DNA of 64,000 nucleotides, taken from the NCBI GenBank assembly GCA_965227515.1, contig CBDDFZ010000002.1:256001-320000 (forward strand), given 5' to 3'. Made by a program: the position numbers and the translations under genes. Below, one piece after another: positions 30,223 through 39,859 of the stretch. This DNA is from Alphaproteobacteria bacterium. GTDB taxonomy: Bacteria > Pseudomonadota > Alphaproteobacteria > CALKHQ01. The notes under the pieces are model-generated. The model saw only the letters and a program-made list of their open reading frames with translations. It ran no database searches and was not told the origin of the DNA. Position 1 is the stretch's first letter, and the number at the start of each line of letters is the position of its first letter.

Positions 30223-32559
30223 ATGGCACAATTCGGCGTAGGGCAGTCGGTCTCGCGCAAGGAGGACCAGCGGTTCCTCACCGGCACCGGCCGCTATATC
30301 GACGACATCAAGCTCGATGGCATGAGCCATGTCGTGTTCGTGCGCTCGCCGCACGCCAATGCGCGCATCGATGGCATCGACGTCAGCGCGGCGGCTGCGG
30401 CGCCCGGGGTGATCGCGGTGCTGACCGCGGTGCACGCCGACGCCGACGGAGTGCCGCCGATCCCCTGCATGGGCGAGATTCCGGTCCGCGAGGGCACGAC
30501 CCAGAAGATGCCCGGCCGCCCGGTGCTGGAGGGCAAGCAGGCGCGCAATGTCGGCGTTGCGGTCGCGATGGTGATTGCCGAGACGGTGGCCCAGGCGCGC
30601 GACGCCGCCGAGTTGGTGGCGGTCGACTACACGCCGGAGGACGCGGTCACCGACATGCGCGCGGCGCTGAAGCCCGGTGCGCCGGTGGTGTATCCGGACG
30701 ACGCGCCCGACAACATCGCGTTCGAGTGGGTGGACGGCGACGAGGCGGCGACGAAGGCCGCGTTCGACGGCGCCGACCGGGTGATCAGCCTGGAGCTGGT
30801 CAACAACCGGCTGGCCGCCAACTCGATGGAGCCGCGCGGCTCCATCGGCCATTACGACGCCGCCGAGGATAGCTGGACCCTCTACAACTCCTCCCAGGGC
30901 GCGCACCTGAACAAGGATATGCTGCATGCCTGCCTGATGAAGGACGTCGACCCGGAGAAGGTGCGGGTGCTGTGCCCGGATGTCGGCGGCGGCTTCGGCA
31001 TGAAGGCGTTCCTCTATCCGGAGACGGTGGCGACGTTGTGGGCGTCGAAGAAGGTCGGCCGGCCGGTCAAGTGGGTCAACGACCGCTCCGAATCCTTCCT
31101 GTCCGACTGCCATGCCCGCGACCACCTGACCACGGTGTCGGCGGCGCTGGACAAGGACTGCAAGATCGTCGGCCTGAAGGCCGAGACCATTGCCAACATG
31201 GGCGGCTATCTGGGCAATTTCGGGCCGTTCATCCCGACCGTCGCCGGGAAGGGCATGCACATCGGCGCCTATGACATTCCCGCTGCCTTCGTCCACGTCA
31301 CCGGCGTGTTCACCAACACGGTGTCGACCGATGCCTATCGTGGCGCCGGCCGGCCGGAAGCCGCCTACATGATCGAGCGGTTGATGGACAAGGTCGGCCG
31401 CGAGACCGGGCTCGGCGCGGCCGAAATCCGCCGCCGCAATCTGGTGAAGGCGTCGCAGATGCCCTATTCGTCGGTGCTGGGGCTGACCTACGACAGCGGC
31501 GATTTCCAGCGCAACCTGGAGGACGCCATCGCCGACGCCGACTGCGACGGCTTCGCCGCGCGCAAGGCGGACTCGGCCAAGCGCGGCAAGCTGCGCGGCC
31601 TCGGCCTCGCCTACTACATAGAGGTTTGCGGCGGCGCGCCCAACGTGCCGGCGCTGCTGCAGTTCGAGGAAGACGACACCGTCACCGCGATCATCACTAC
31701 ACAGTCCAACGGCCAGGGCCACGAGACCGCATACTCGCAGATCGTCGCCGAGCGGCTGGGCGTGCCGTTCGAAAGCGTGATGGTCAAGCAGGGCGACACG
31801 GCCTGGATGAAGTCGGGCAGCTTCACCGGCGGCTCGCGCTCGGTGCCGGTGGGCGGGGCGGCGGCCCAGATCGCGTCCGACGAGATCATCGCCAAGGGCA
31901 AGGAGGTGGCCGCCGACTTGCTGGAAGCGGCGGTTGCCGACATCGAGTTCCGCGACGGCAGCTACGTCATCGCCGGCACCGACAGGACGACCAGCATCTT
32001 CGAGGTGTCGAAGGCGTGGCGCGAGCGCCATTCCGGCGACGACCGGCTGCTCGGCGCCTATGCCGATTTCGCGCCGGAGGCCGCGACCTTCCCAAATGGC
32101 TGCCACATCTGCGAGCTGGAAGTGGACCCGGACAGCGGCGATGTCGAAATCCTGCGCTACACAATCGTCGACGACTTCGGGAAGGTCATCAACCCGAAGC
32201 TGTTGACCGGGCAGGTGCACGGCGGTGTGGGTCAGGGCGTCGGCCAGGCGCTGTTCGAGGGCACGGTCTACGGCGACGACGGCCAGCTCGTCACCGGCTC
32301 GTTCATGGACTACGGCATGCCGCGCGCCGACTATTCGCCAATGATCCAGTTCCGCTGGAACGAGTTCCCGTGCACGACCAACCCGCTGGGCATCAAGGGC
32401 TGCGGCGAGGCCGGCACCATCGGCGCGCCGCCGGCGGTGATCAACGCCGTGTTCGACGCGGTGGTGGACGAGGGCGTGGACCGGATCGACATGCCGGCGA
32501 CGCCGCTGTCGATCTGGCAGGCGCTGCAGAACGCCAAGACGGCCCAGGCGCCGGAGTAG
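30223..32559 (+). CDS. Xanthine dehydrogenase family molybdopterin-binding large subunit (CoxL form II-like)
   Basis: Motifs RKEDQRFLTG, DVGGGFGMK, AYRGAGRPEA, GQGHET, GQVHGG and KGCGEAG. SD GGAGG. Confidence 0.9.
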   Translation: MAQFGVGQSVSRKEDQRFLTGTGRYIDDIKLDGMSHVVFVRSPHANARIDGIDVSAAAAAPGVIAVLTAVHADADGVPPIPCMGEIPVREGTTQKMPGRPVLEGKQARNVGVAVAMVIAETVAQARDAAELVAVDYTPEDAVTDMRAALKPGAPVVYPDDAPDNIAFEWVDGDEAATKAAFDGADRVISLELVNNRLAANSMEPRGSIGHYDAAEDSWTLYNSSQGAHLNKDMLHACLMKDVDPEKVRVLCPDVGGGFGMKAFLYPETVATLWASKKVGRPVKWVNDRSESFLSDCHARDHLTTVSAALDKDCKIVGLKAETIANMGGYLGNFGPFIPTVAGKGMHIGAYDIPAAFVHVTGVFTNTVSTDAYRGAGRPEAAYMIERLMDKVGRETGLGAAEIRRRNLVKASQMPYSSVLGLTYDSGDFQRNLEDAIADADCDGFAARKADSAKRGKLRGLGLAYYIEVCGGAPNVPALLQFEEDDTVTAIITTQSNGQGHETAYSQIVAERLGVPFESVMVKQGDTAWMKSGSFTGGSRSVPVGGAAAQIASDEIIAKGKEVAADLLEAAVADIEFRDGSYVIAGTDRTTSIFEVSKAWRERHSGDDRLLGAYADFAPEAATFPNGCHICELEVDPDSGDVEILRYTIVDDFGKVINPKLLTGQVHGGVGQGVGQALFEGTVYGDDGQLVTGSFMDYGMPRADYSPMIQFRWNEFPCTTNPLGIKGCGEAGTIGAPPAVINAVFDAVVDEGVDRIDMPATPLSIWQALQNAKTAQAPE

Positions 32560-32572
32560 GGCGTCGCCGCCG

Positions 32573-34033
32573 TCACACCTCGTCAAGCGGGAACAGCGGC
32601 CGGTCGACGGCGGTGAAGGGCACGCGGCGCATGTTGGGCGCCGTCGGGCCCGGCGTGTCGGCGACCAGGATGCGGTCGGCGAGTGCGCCGTAAGCGGCGC
32701 GGAAGTGCGACGGCGACTTCACGAACACCAGCCGCGCCGAAGCCGGGTCCAGCCCCTGGCTGGTGAACAGCGACGTGTCCCACTCGAACAGCGGTTCGGA
32801 GCGCACGGCGACCCGGATGCGGCCGATGGCGAGCACCGCCGAGGGGCCGGTGTCGACCTCGATGCCGTTGTCGGTGCGGTGGCGGCCGGATTTCACGCTG
32901 ACCACTTTGGCCGTGGCGGTGACCGGCGCACCGTCTCCGGCGGAGAAATGATGGCCGAGCGCTGTCGTGATGGATGCGCCTGCGCCCGCGCGGTGGGCTG
33001 CGTCCGCCGCTGCCGGGTCGCATAGGGTCAGCAGCACCAGCCCGTCATCGCCGTCAGTCTCCGCCTCGATCAGCGCGCGCAGCACCGCCGCACTGTCCGC
33101 CGCGGACCCGCCCGACGGCGCATCGCCGGCATCGCTGACGACGGTCAGCCCCGGCCCGGCGAGCCCGATGCGGATTGCAGCATCGAGCGGCGTCAGGTCC
33201 GGCTCGAAGGCGTGGCGTTCCGCCCACAACGCATCGGCCACCGTGTCGGCAACCTCTTGGGCACGGTCCGCATCGCCGTCGACGCAGGCGAGCACGCTGC
33301 ACCCCAGCCCCGGCACGTCCAGCCACGGCTGCACCGTGAAGATGGAGACGTCCAGCACCGCTGGATCGCGGCACAGATCGTCGGCCGCCGCGCGCACCCG
33401 GCGCATGGCGGCGGTGTCGGTGGTCGACGAGATCGGGCTCACGATCATCGGCCGCTTGGCCAGCGCCATGCGTGGCTGGCAACGGCCCGCGATCGCATCC
33501 AGCAGCAGCCGCGCGGTCTTGGCGCCTGTTTCCGCCATGTCGAGGTGGGGATAGGCCTTGTAGCCGACCAGGTGTGTGTTCGGTTGCAGCATGCGCGGCG
33601 TCATCAGGCCGTGCAGGTCCAGGCTGACGCCGATGTGTATGTGGTCCGGGACCGCCGTGCGCACCCGCGCCAGGATCTCGCCGTCGGCGTCGGCATTGTC
33701 CTCGGTCATCATCGCGCCGTGCAGCGCCAGCAGCACGCCGTCGAGCGGGCCGGCCCCTGTCAGCCCATCGACGATCTCACCGAGCAGGTCGTCGAATACG
33801 GCGCGCTCGACCGGGCCGCCGGCCATGGTATAGGCGGCGACCAGCGGCACCGCCGCCGCGCCAGCCTCGGCCAGTACCGTCAGGAACCCCGACATTTCGA
33901 CTTGCGAGCCCGCCAGGTGTGCCGCGATGGCATCGCCGCGATGGATGTAGCCGTGCTCGAACGCCGACCGCCCGGTGGGGAAGGCTGCGAAGCTGTTGCT
34001 CTCCTGCATGAAGCAGGCGACGGCCACTTGCAT
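32573..34033 (-). CDS. M81 family metallopeptidase (MlrC-like)
   Basis: Motifs QESNSF, LALHGAM, DGE, LDLHG, YPHLD, DAGD, VKSPSHFRAAY and RPLFPLD. Confidence 0.88.
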   Translation of the reverse strand: MQVAVACFMQESNSFAAFPTGRSAFEHGYIHRGDAIAAHLAGSQVEMSGFLTVLAEAGAAAVPLVAAYTMAGGPVERAVFDDLLGEIVDGLTGAGPLDGVLLALHGAMMTEDNADADGEILARVRTAVPDHIHIGVSLDLHGLMTPRMLQPNTHLVGYKAYPHLDMAETGAKTARLLLDAIAGRCQPRMALAKRPMIVSPISSTTDTAAMRRVRAAADDLCRDPAVLDVSIFTVQPWLDVPGLGCSVLACVDGDADRAQEVADTVADALWAERHAFEPDLTPLDAAIRIGLAGPGLTVVSDAGDAPSGGSAADSAAVLRALIEAETDGDDGLVLLTLCDPAAADAAHRAGAGASITTALGHHFSAGDGAPVTATAKVVSVKSGRHRTDNGIEVDTGPSAVLAIGRIRVAVRSEPLFEWDTSLFTSQGLDPASARLVFVKSPSHFRAAYGALADRILVADTPGPTAPNMRRVPFTAVDRPLFPLDEV

Positions 34034-34060
34034 GTCTATTTCCTGACCAGCTAACGCTGG

Positions 34061-34146
34061 AGTCTGCGCCAGCCCTCTCCCCCACCCGACCGCCCACGAA
34101 AGTATCCTGCTGGGTGGCCGGGTGGGGGAGAGGGCCGGTGCCGACT
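34061..34146. repeat. Long GC-rich hairpin repeat, copy 2
   Basis: AGTCTGCGCCAGCCCTCTCCCCCACCCGACCGCCCA-CGAAAGTATCCTGC-TGGGTGGCCGGGTGGGGGAGAGGGCCGGTGCCGACT. Same architecture and similar loop as 25368-25454. Confidence 0.75.
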
Positions 34147-34166
34147 CACATCAAGCGCAGCGCGCT

Positions 34167-35798
34167 TTAGGATAACGGGCGAAGCTTCGCCGTGCCCATC
34201 ATCAGCGCCACCGCCCGGTCGGCGACCGCCATGGTCGGCGCGTTGGTATTGGCGTGCGGCACGCTCGGCATCACCGAGGCGTCGAACACGCGCAGGCCCT
34301 CCACGCCGCGCACCTTCAGGTCGGCTGACACCACAGCATCCGGGTCGTCGTCGGTGCCCATCCGGCAGGTGGCGGTGGGGTGCCAGTTTGTCTTGACCGT
34401 GCGCTTGCAGTGGGCCGCCAGCGCCTCGTCGTCGGTGACGTCGGGGCCTGGAACGATCTCGCGCGTCACCACGTCGGCCATCGGCCGCGTTGTCAGCACG
34501 TCGCGGGCATAGCGCACGCCGGCCATCTGCAATGCGAGGTCGGCCGGGTCGCGCAGGAAGCCGGGGTCGATCGCCGGCAGGTCGCGCGGGTCGGCCGATT
34601 TCAGGGTCACGCTGCCGCGCCCGCGCGGTTGCAGCACGCAGGCGGTGAAGGTGACGCCGTCGGCCGGCTTGATCTTGCTGACGTTGCTGTCGAGGTAGAC
34701 CGAGGGCACGCAATAAAGCTTGATCGTCGCGGGCTTCTCCGGGTCGTCGGGGTTGACGAAGGCGCACGCCTCCACCCCGTTGGTCGCCACCGGGCCGCTC
34801 TTGAAGAGCGTGTATTGCAGCCCGTTGCGCAGCATTTTCAGTCCGCGATCCTCGCCGAAATAACCATAGTGGCCGTCAGTCAGCGCGATAAGCGGCACCT
34901 CGTGGTGGTCGTGCAGGCTGCGGCCGACGCCGGGCAGATCGACCCGTGCCTCGATACCGTGGGCCTTCAGCTCGTCGGCGGGACCGATGCCGTTCAAGAG
35001 CAGGATCTGCGGCGAGACCAGCGCGCCGGCGGTCAGGATGACTTCGGCCGCCGCATTGGCGCGGTCGACGGTGCTGTTGCCGCGCCGCACGAAGTCGACG
35101 CCCTCGCACCGCGTGCCGTTGAACCGCAGGCCGACGACCTTCGATTCCGTGCGCACCGTCAGCTTCGGGTTGTCGCGCACCGGGTCCAGAAAGGCGGTGA
35201 CGGCGCTGCACCGCTGGCGGTTGCCGATGGTGTATTGCATGAAGCCGGTGCCGGCCTGGACGGGGCCGTTGAAATCGTCGGCGAACGGGATGCCGCGCGC
35301 CTGCATGGTGCGGATGTAGAGGTAGCTCATCTCGCAGGCGTTGCCGGGGTCGCTCACTTTCAGCGGGCCGTCGATGCCGTGGTAGTCGTTGTGGAGGCGC
35401 TGGTTGCCCTCCTGGGCGATGAAGTGAGGCAGGATGTCTTTGTAGCCCCACCCGGCGCCGCCGACCAATTCGTCCCAGCCGTCGTAGTCCGACGGGCGGC
35501 CGCGCAGATAGACCATGGCGTTCACGCTGCTGCCGCCGCCGAGCACGTTGCCCTGCATGATGATCTGTTCGCGGCCGTCCAGCTGCGCTTGCGGGCTGGA
35601 GATGTGGTCGGTGATGTAGCGGCTGCCGTTGATGAACTTCATGAAGCCGGCCGGCATGCGGAACAGAGGGCTTCTATTCGGCCACCCGGCCTCCAGCAAC
35701 AGCACGCGTGCGCCGTGTTCGCGCACCAGCTTGCCGGCGGTCACGCAGCCGGAACTGCCGCCGCCGACGACGATGTAGTCATAGTCCGCGCCCGTCAT
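34167..35798 (-). CDS. GMC family FAD oxidoreductase (choline dehydrogenase-like)
   Basis: Motifs DYIVVGGGSSG, LGGGSSVNAMVYLRG, GIGP, WHPTATCRMG, DASVMP and NTNAP. Confidence 0.9.
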   Translation of the reverse strand: MTGADYDYIVVGGGSSGCVTAGKLVREHGARVLLLEAGWPNRSPLFRMPAGFMKFINGSRYITDHISSPQAQLDGREQIIMQGNVLGGGSSVNAMVYLRGRPSDYDGWDELVGGAGWGYKDILPHFIAQEGNQRLHNDYHGIDGPLKVSDPGNACEMSYLYIRTMQARGIPFADDFNGPVQAGTGFMQYTIGNRQRCSAVTAFLDPVRDNPKLTVRTESKVVGLRFNGTRCEGVDFVRRGNSTVDRANAAAEVILTAGALVSPQILLLNGIGPADELKAHGIEARVDLPGVGRSLHDHHEVPLIALTDGHYGYFGEDRGLKMLRNGLQYTLFKSGPVATNGVEACAFVNPDDPEKPATIKLYCVPSVYLDSNVSKIKPADGVTFTACVLQPRGRGSVTLKSADPRDLPAIDPGFLRDPADLALQMAGVRYARDVLTTRPMADVVTREIVPGPDVTDDEALAAHCKRTVKTNWHPTATCRMGTDDDPDAVVSADLKVRGVEGLRVFDASVMPSVPHANTNAPTMAVADRAVALMMGTAKLRPLS

Positions 35799-35948
35799 CT
35801 GTTGTCCTTCTTGTTGCCTGCGGCGATGGGTTCGCCGCATGGGGGTATGGCCGGTTGCGCCGCGCCGCCGCCGCCGCTAGCGTCGAGGTGTTGCCTCACA
35901 AAGCCTCGCCGCCGGCCCGGCGCGGGGACAGCCCGGGACACGCCTTTC

Positions 35949-36941
35949 ATGACATCCATTGCCACCGATCTCGACTTCGACCGCGACGGCCGCCAGGTCG
36001 GCGTGCTGCGGCTGCCGCATTCGCCGCACCTCGACGCCTGGGGCAGCGTGCCCATCCCGGCAGCGGTGGTCAAGAACGGGACGGGGCCGACGCTGCTGCT
36101 GACCGGCGGCAACCACGGCGACGAGTACGAAGGCCCGGTGACGCTGGGCGAGCTGATTCGCGATCTCGATCCCGGCGCGATCCAGGGCCGGCTGATCATC
36201 CTGCCGGCGATGAACACGCCGGCGGTGAAGGCCGGGCGGCGCACCTCGCCTGCCGACGGGCTGAACATGAACCGCACCTTTCCCGGCGACCCGGTCGGCT
36301 CGACCACGCAGCAGATCAGCCACTATGTGGCGAACGTGCTGATGCCGATGGCCGATGCGTTCGTCGACGTGCACTCCGGCGGCAGCTCCCTGAACTTCAT
36401 CCCCTCGGCGTTCCTGCAGCCGCCCGCCGACCCCGACCTGCGCAAGCGCGGCGAGGCGGCGGTCCGCGCGTTCGGCGCGCCTTACGCCGTGGTCGGCGAC
36501 ACCCTGGGCGAGCCGCGCACCGGCACCGGCGCCGCCGTTGCCAAGGGGCTGCTGGCGCTGAGCAGCGAGATGGGCGGTGCCGGCGTGGTCGACCCCGAGG
36601 CGTTGGAGATCTGCCGCGCCGGTGTGCGCAACCTGCTGGTCCACTTCGGGCTGATGGAGGGGGCGCCGGCCTCGCCGTCCACCGACGGCCCGCTCCTCGA
36701 GATCAGCGGGCACGCCTCCCACGTCTATGCCGCCGAAGACGGCGTGTTCGTGCCGGCCCACAAGCTCGGGACCCACGTGGAGGAAGGCCAGCCGGCCGGT
36801 GCGGTGCACTTCCTCACCAACCCCGGCCGTCCGCCGCAGCCATTGGCCTATGGGCAGTCCGGCCTGTTGATCTGCCACCGCGCCATCGGCCGGGTCGAGG
36901 CCGGCAATTGCTGCGCCGTGGTGGCCAGCGAGGTCGGCTGA
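35949..36941 (+). CDS. Succinylglutamate desuccinylase / aspartoacylase family deacylase (DoeB-like)
   Basis: Motifs GGNHGDEYEG, NMNRTFPG, DVHSGG and EMGG. Confidence 0.85.
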   Translation: MTSIATDLDFDRDGRQVGVLRLPHSPHLDAWGSVPIPAAVVKNGTGPTLLLTGGNHGDEYEGPVTLGELIRDLDPGAIQGRLIILPAMNTPAVKAGRRTSPADGLNMNRTFPGDPVGSTTQQISHYVANVLMPMADAFVDVHSGGSSLNFIPSAFLQPPADPDLRKRGEAAVRAFGAPYAVVGDTLGEPRTGTGAAVAKGLLALSSEMGGAGVVDPEALEICRAGVRNLLVHFGLMEGAPASPSTDGPLLEISGHASHVYAAEDGVFVPAHKLGTHVEEGQPAGAVHFLTNPGRPPQPLAYGQSGLLICHRAIGRVEAGNCCAVVASEVG

Positions 36942-36985
36942 GGCCAGCGGCGTAAGTTGCCCTCACCCTTGTGCCCTTACTCCAC

Positions 36986-37073
36986 CGTCATGCCCGCACT
37001 TGTTGCGGGCATCCACGTCTTTGGGTCAGCCGATGACAAGTCGTGGATGGTCGGGACAAGCCCGACCATGACG
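36986..37073. repeat. CGTC-type REP doublet, an inverted relative of 26683-26812
   Basis: The right arm CGTGGATGGTCGGGACAAGCCCGACCATGACG is the exact reverse complement of 26683-26714. Lies between converging genes. Confidence 0.8.
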
Positions 37074-37100
37074 ATTGTGATTGATATCTAATGTGTAGCC

Positions 37101-38108
37101 CTAACCCTGCGCCACGTCCGCCGGGGCGCCGCTATTGAGCGAGGCAAACAGCGCGTCCAGCACCCGCACCGCCTGCAACGAGCGCTCCACCGGCTCCACG
37201 AACGGCTTGTCGTGCAATAGCGCATCGGCGAAGTGCACGATCTCGTCGCGCAGCGCGCCGGCGATCTGGCCGTTGATCTCCGGCCACAAATGGGTGTCGG
37301 GCTGGGTGGTCCCCTCCGCGCCGATGAACTGCAGGCCCTGGTCGTAGACGTCCAGATGAGCCGCACTCTTGGTGCCGACGACGTCGAAGCCGGCGGCGTA
37401 GCCTGACGGCAGGCCCTCGGGCCACGACCAGCAATAGTCGATATTGCCGATGGCGCCGTTGGCGAAATTGACCACGGCATAGACCGCGTCCTCGATCTCG
37501 TTGCCCAGCTTGCGCACCTGCTGGGCATAGACGCGGGTGATGTTGGCGCCGGCGCACCATTGCAGCATGTCCACGTCGTGGACGCCCAGATAGTACATGA
37601 TCGAGCTGGCGGCGCCGAGCCGCTGCGGCAGGGCGCGGATGGTGTTGCGCTTGGCGCGCAGGTTGATGACGTCGCCATAGTCGCCGCGCACCGCCGCATC
37701 GCGCATCTGCGCATAACGCGGGTCGAAGTGCAGCACGTGGGCCACCATCAGCCGCACGCCGGCGGCGTCGACCGCGTCCATGATCTCCTCGGCGGCGGCG
37801 GCGGTGTGCGCCATCGGCTTTTCCAGCAGCAGGTGCTTGCCGGCCTTGGCGGCGGCGACCGCCGGTGCGACGTGCATGCGGTCGGGCACGCAGATCGACA
37901 CCGCGTCGATGTCGTCGCGGGCGAGCAGTTCCTCGTGGGACTTGTGATAGTCGGCGCCCAGGGTGTCTGCGGTGGATCGGCCCAGTTCCTCGTTGAGGTC
38001 GGCGACCGCGACCAGCTCGATGTTCGGGCTTTCGGCGTGGATGCGGGCGTGCAGTCCGCCGATGAACCCCAGGCCGATCACCCCTGTCCGCAACGTCTCA
38101 CCGCTCAT
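37101..38108 (-). CDS. Gfo/Idh/MocA family NAD(P) oxidoreductase
   Basis: Motifs GVIGLGFIG, GKHLLLEKP and GVHDVD. SD GAGGAGG. Confidence 0.88.
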   Translation of the reverse strand: MSGETLRTGVIGLGFIGGLHARIHAESPNIELVAVADLNEELGRSTADTLGADYHKSHEELLARDDIDAVSICVPDRMHVAPAVAAAKAGKHLLLEKPMAHTAAAAEEIMDAVDAAGVRLMVAHVLHFDPRYAQMRDAAVRGDYGDVINLRAKRNTIRALPQRLGAASSIMYYLGVHDVDMLQWCAGANITRVYAQQVRKLGNEIEDAVYAVVNFANGAIGNIDYCWSWPEGLPSGYAAGFDVVGTKSAAHLDVYDQGLQFIGAEGTTQPDTHLWPEINGQIAGALRDEIVHFADALLHDKPFVEPVERSLQAVRVLDALFASLNSGAPADVAQG

Positions 38109-38190
38109 GCTTGGTCCCTCCTCGTGTTTGGTCAGTCTAGATCGCGTCAATTGGGAGCGCCATGCGGCTGTGGCCATCTGCCCCTGGCTC

Positions 38191-38206
38191 TGGCAACGTT
38201 GTTGCA
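38191..38206 (+). promoter_or_regulatory. Possible sigma54 (-24/-12) promoter upstream of the GMC gene
   Basis: TGGCAACGTTGTTGCA fits GG-N10-GC and lies 47 nt before the ATG at 38254. Confidence 0.35.
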
Positions 38207-38253
38207 GGACAGTGGCGGCTCGACGCACGAGCGGGAACACCGGGGGGCACATC

Positions 38254-39852
38254 ATGGACGCGATAGACGCTCAAGAGTGGGACGTGATCGTCATCGGGGC
38301 CGGCTCGTCGGGCGGGACCCTGGCCAGCCGCCTGTCGGAGGACCCGGACCGCACCGTCCTGTTGCTGGAGGCCGGCCGCGACTACCGCGCCGCCGACACG
38401 CCGGACGACATCCGCTCCATCAACCCCTTCCGCGTGCTGCTGCCGGCGGAGATGCAGGAGGCCTATCAGTTCCCGGACCTGGTCTGCCGCCGCGCGCGCC
38501 TGCAAGACCGCCGCATGTACTGGCGCGGCAAGGGGGTCGGCGGCAGCTCCGCCGTCAACGGGCTCTTCGCGATCCGTGGCACGCCGGACGCCTTCGACGA
38601 ATGGGCCGAGCACGGCTGCGAGGGCTGGTCGTGGCAGGACGTGCAGCCGTTTTTTCGCGCCATGGAGGACGACCCGCTGGCCGACGAGGACAGCGAGGTC
38701 CATGGCCGCGGAGGGCCGATCCCGATCACCCGCGCGCCGCAGGAACGCTGGGGCGCGGTCGACTTCGCCATGCGGGCGGCGGCCCGCGACATGGGCTATC
38801 CCGAGACCGACGACCATAACCACCCCGACGCCGACGGCATCAGCACCTATGCCAGCAACAGCCGCGACCTGAAGCGCCTGACCATCAACGACACCCATAT
38901 CGAGCCGGCGCGCGGCCGCCCGAACTTCACCCTGGGCGGCGGCGCCCTGGTCGAGCGCCTGTTGTTCGACGGCCGGCGCTGCACCGGTGTGGCCGTGCGG
39001 GTCGGCGGCGAGAGCCGCGAGGTGCGGGCGCGCGAGGTGGTGCTGTCGGCCGGCGCCATCCATTCGCCGGCAATCCTGCTGCGCTCCGGCATCGGGCCGG
39101 CCGACGATCTGTCCGCGCTCGGCATCGATGTCGTGCACAATTTGCGCGGTGTCGGCCGCAATCTGTTCGAGCACCCGGTGGCGCGGCTGTCGCTGGCGCT
39201 GACCGACGCGGCGCGGGTGACCGACGAGGCGATCCGCCACTCCAACACCTGCCTGCGCTACACCTCGGGCATGGAGGGCGGGGGCCGCGGCGACATGTTC
39301 CTGATCGGCATGAACCACGGCGGCTTCAACTTCATCGACGCCGCGCAGTGGTCGGAGGCCGGGCTCTACATGATGCTCTACCAGGCGCTGTCGCGCGGGC
39401 GGCTGCGGCTGGTCTCGCCCGACCCGACGGTGCAGCCGGAGGTCGATTTCGACATGCTGTCGGACCCGCGCGACATGGCGCGCCTGCGCGACGGGGTGCG
39501 GCGGCTGGTCAAGTTCGGCCGCCACCCAGCGTTCCAGGAGATCGTGGCCCGATTCACCTGGGGCGTCACCGATATGGAACTCGACGCGTTCGACGACGCG
39601 GACGACGATGCGATCGACAATTGGCTGCTGGAGGACTGCGGCGACGGCCAGCATGCCTCGGGCAGTTGCCGGATGGGCGCGCCGGAGGACCCCCGCGCGG
39701 TGGTCGACCCGGACTGCCGGGTGCGCGGCATCGAGGGCCTCCGCGTCGTCGATTGCGCAATCATGCCGACCGACTGCCGCGCCAACACCCACCTGACCGC
39801 GGTGATGATCGGCGAGCACATGGCGGCACGCATGCGCGCCCCAACCCAATGA
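38254..39852 (+). CDS. GMC family FAD oxidoreductase
   Basis: Motifs DVIVIGAGSSG, RGKGVGGSSAVNG, LLRSGIGP, QHASGSCRMG and ANTHL. Confidence 0.9.
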   Translation: MDAIDAQEWDVIVIGAGSSGGTLASRLSEDPDRTVLLLEAGRDYRAADTPDDIRSINPFRVLLPAEMQEAYQFPDLVCRRARLQDRRMYWRGKGVGGSSAVNGLFAIRGTPDAFDEWAEHGCEGWSWQDVQPFFRAMEDDPLADEDSEVHGRGGPIPITRAPQERWGAVDFAMRAAARDMGYPETDDHNHPDADGISTYASNSRDLKRLTINDTHIEPARGRPNFTLGGGALVERLLFDGRRCTGVAVRVGGESREVRAREVVLSAGAIHSPAILLRSGIGPADDLSALGIDVVHNLRGVGRNLFEHPVARLSLALTDAARVTDEAIRHSNTCLRYTSGMEGGGRGDMFLIGMNHGGFNFIDAAQWSEAGLYMMLYQALSRGRLRLVSPDPTVQPEVDFDMLSDPRDMARLRDGVRRLVKFGRHPAFQEIVARFTWGVTDMELDAFDDADDDAIDNWLLEDCGDGQHASGSCRMGAPEDPRAVVDPDCRVRGIEGLRVVDCAIMPTDCRANTHLTAVMIGEHMAARMRAPTQ

Positions 39853-39859
39853 GCGCCTC

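Noticed and set aside
30223-32559. Call as aerobic CO dehydrogenase coxL
   Set aside because: It lacks the form I AYxCSFR motif and the coxM/coxS context.
30175-32586. 803-aa minus-strand ORF
   Set aside because: Antisense mirror of the CoxL-like gene, caused by codon bias.
34380-35948. Apparent long N-terminal extension of the deacylase (853-aa ORF)
   Set aside because: It overlaps the minus-strand GMC gene. Family similarity only begins at the ATG at 35949.
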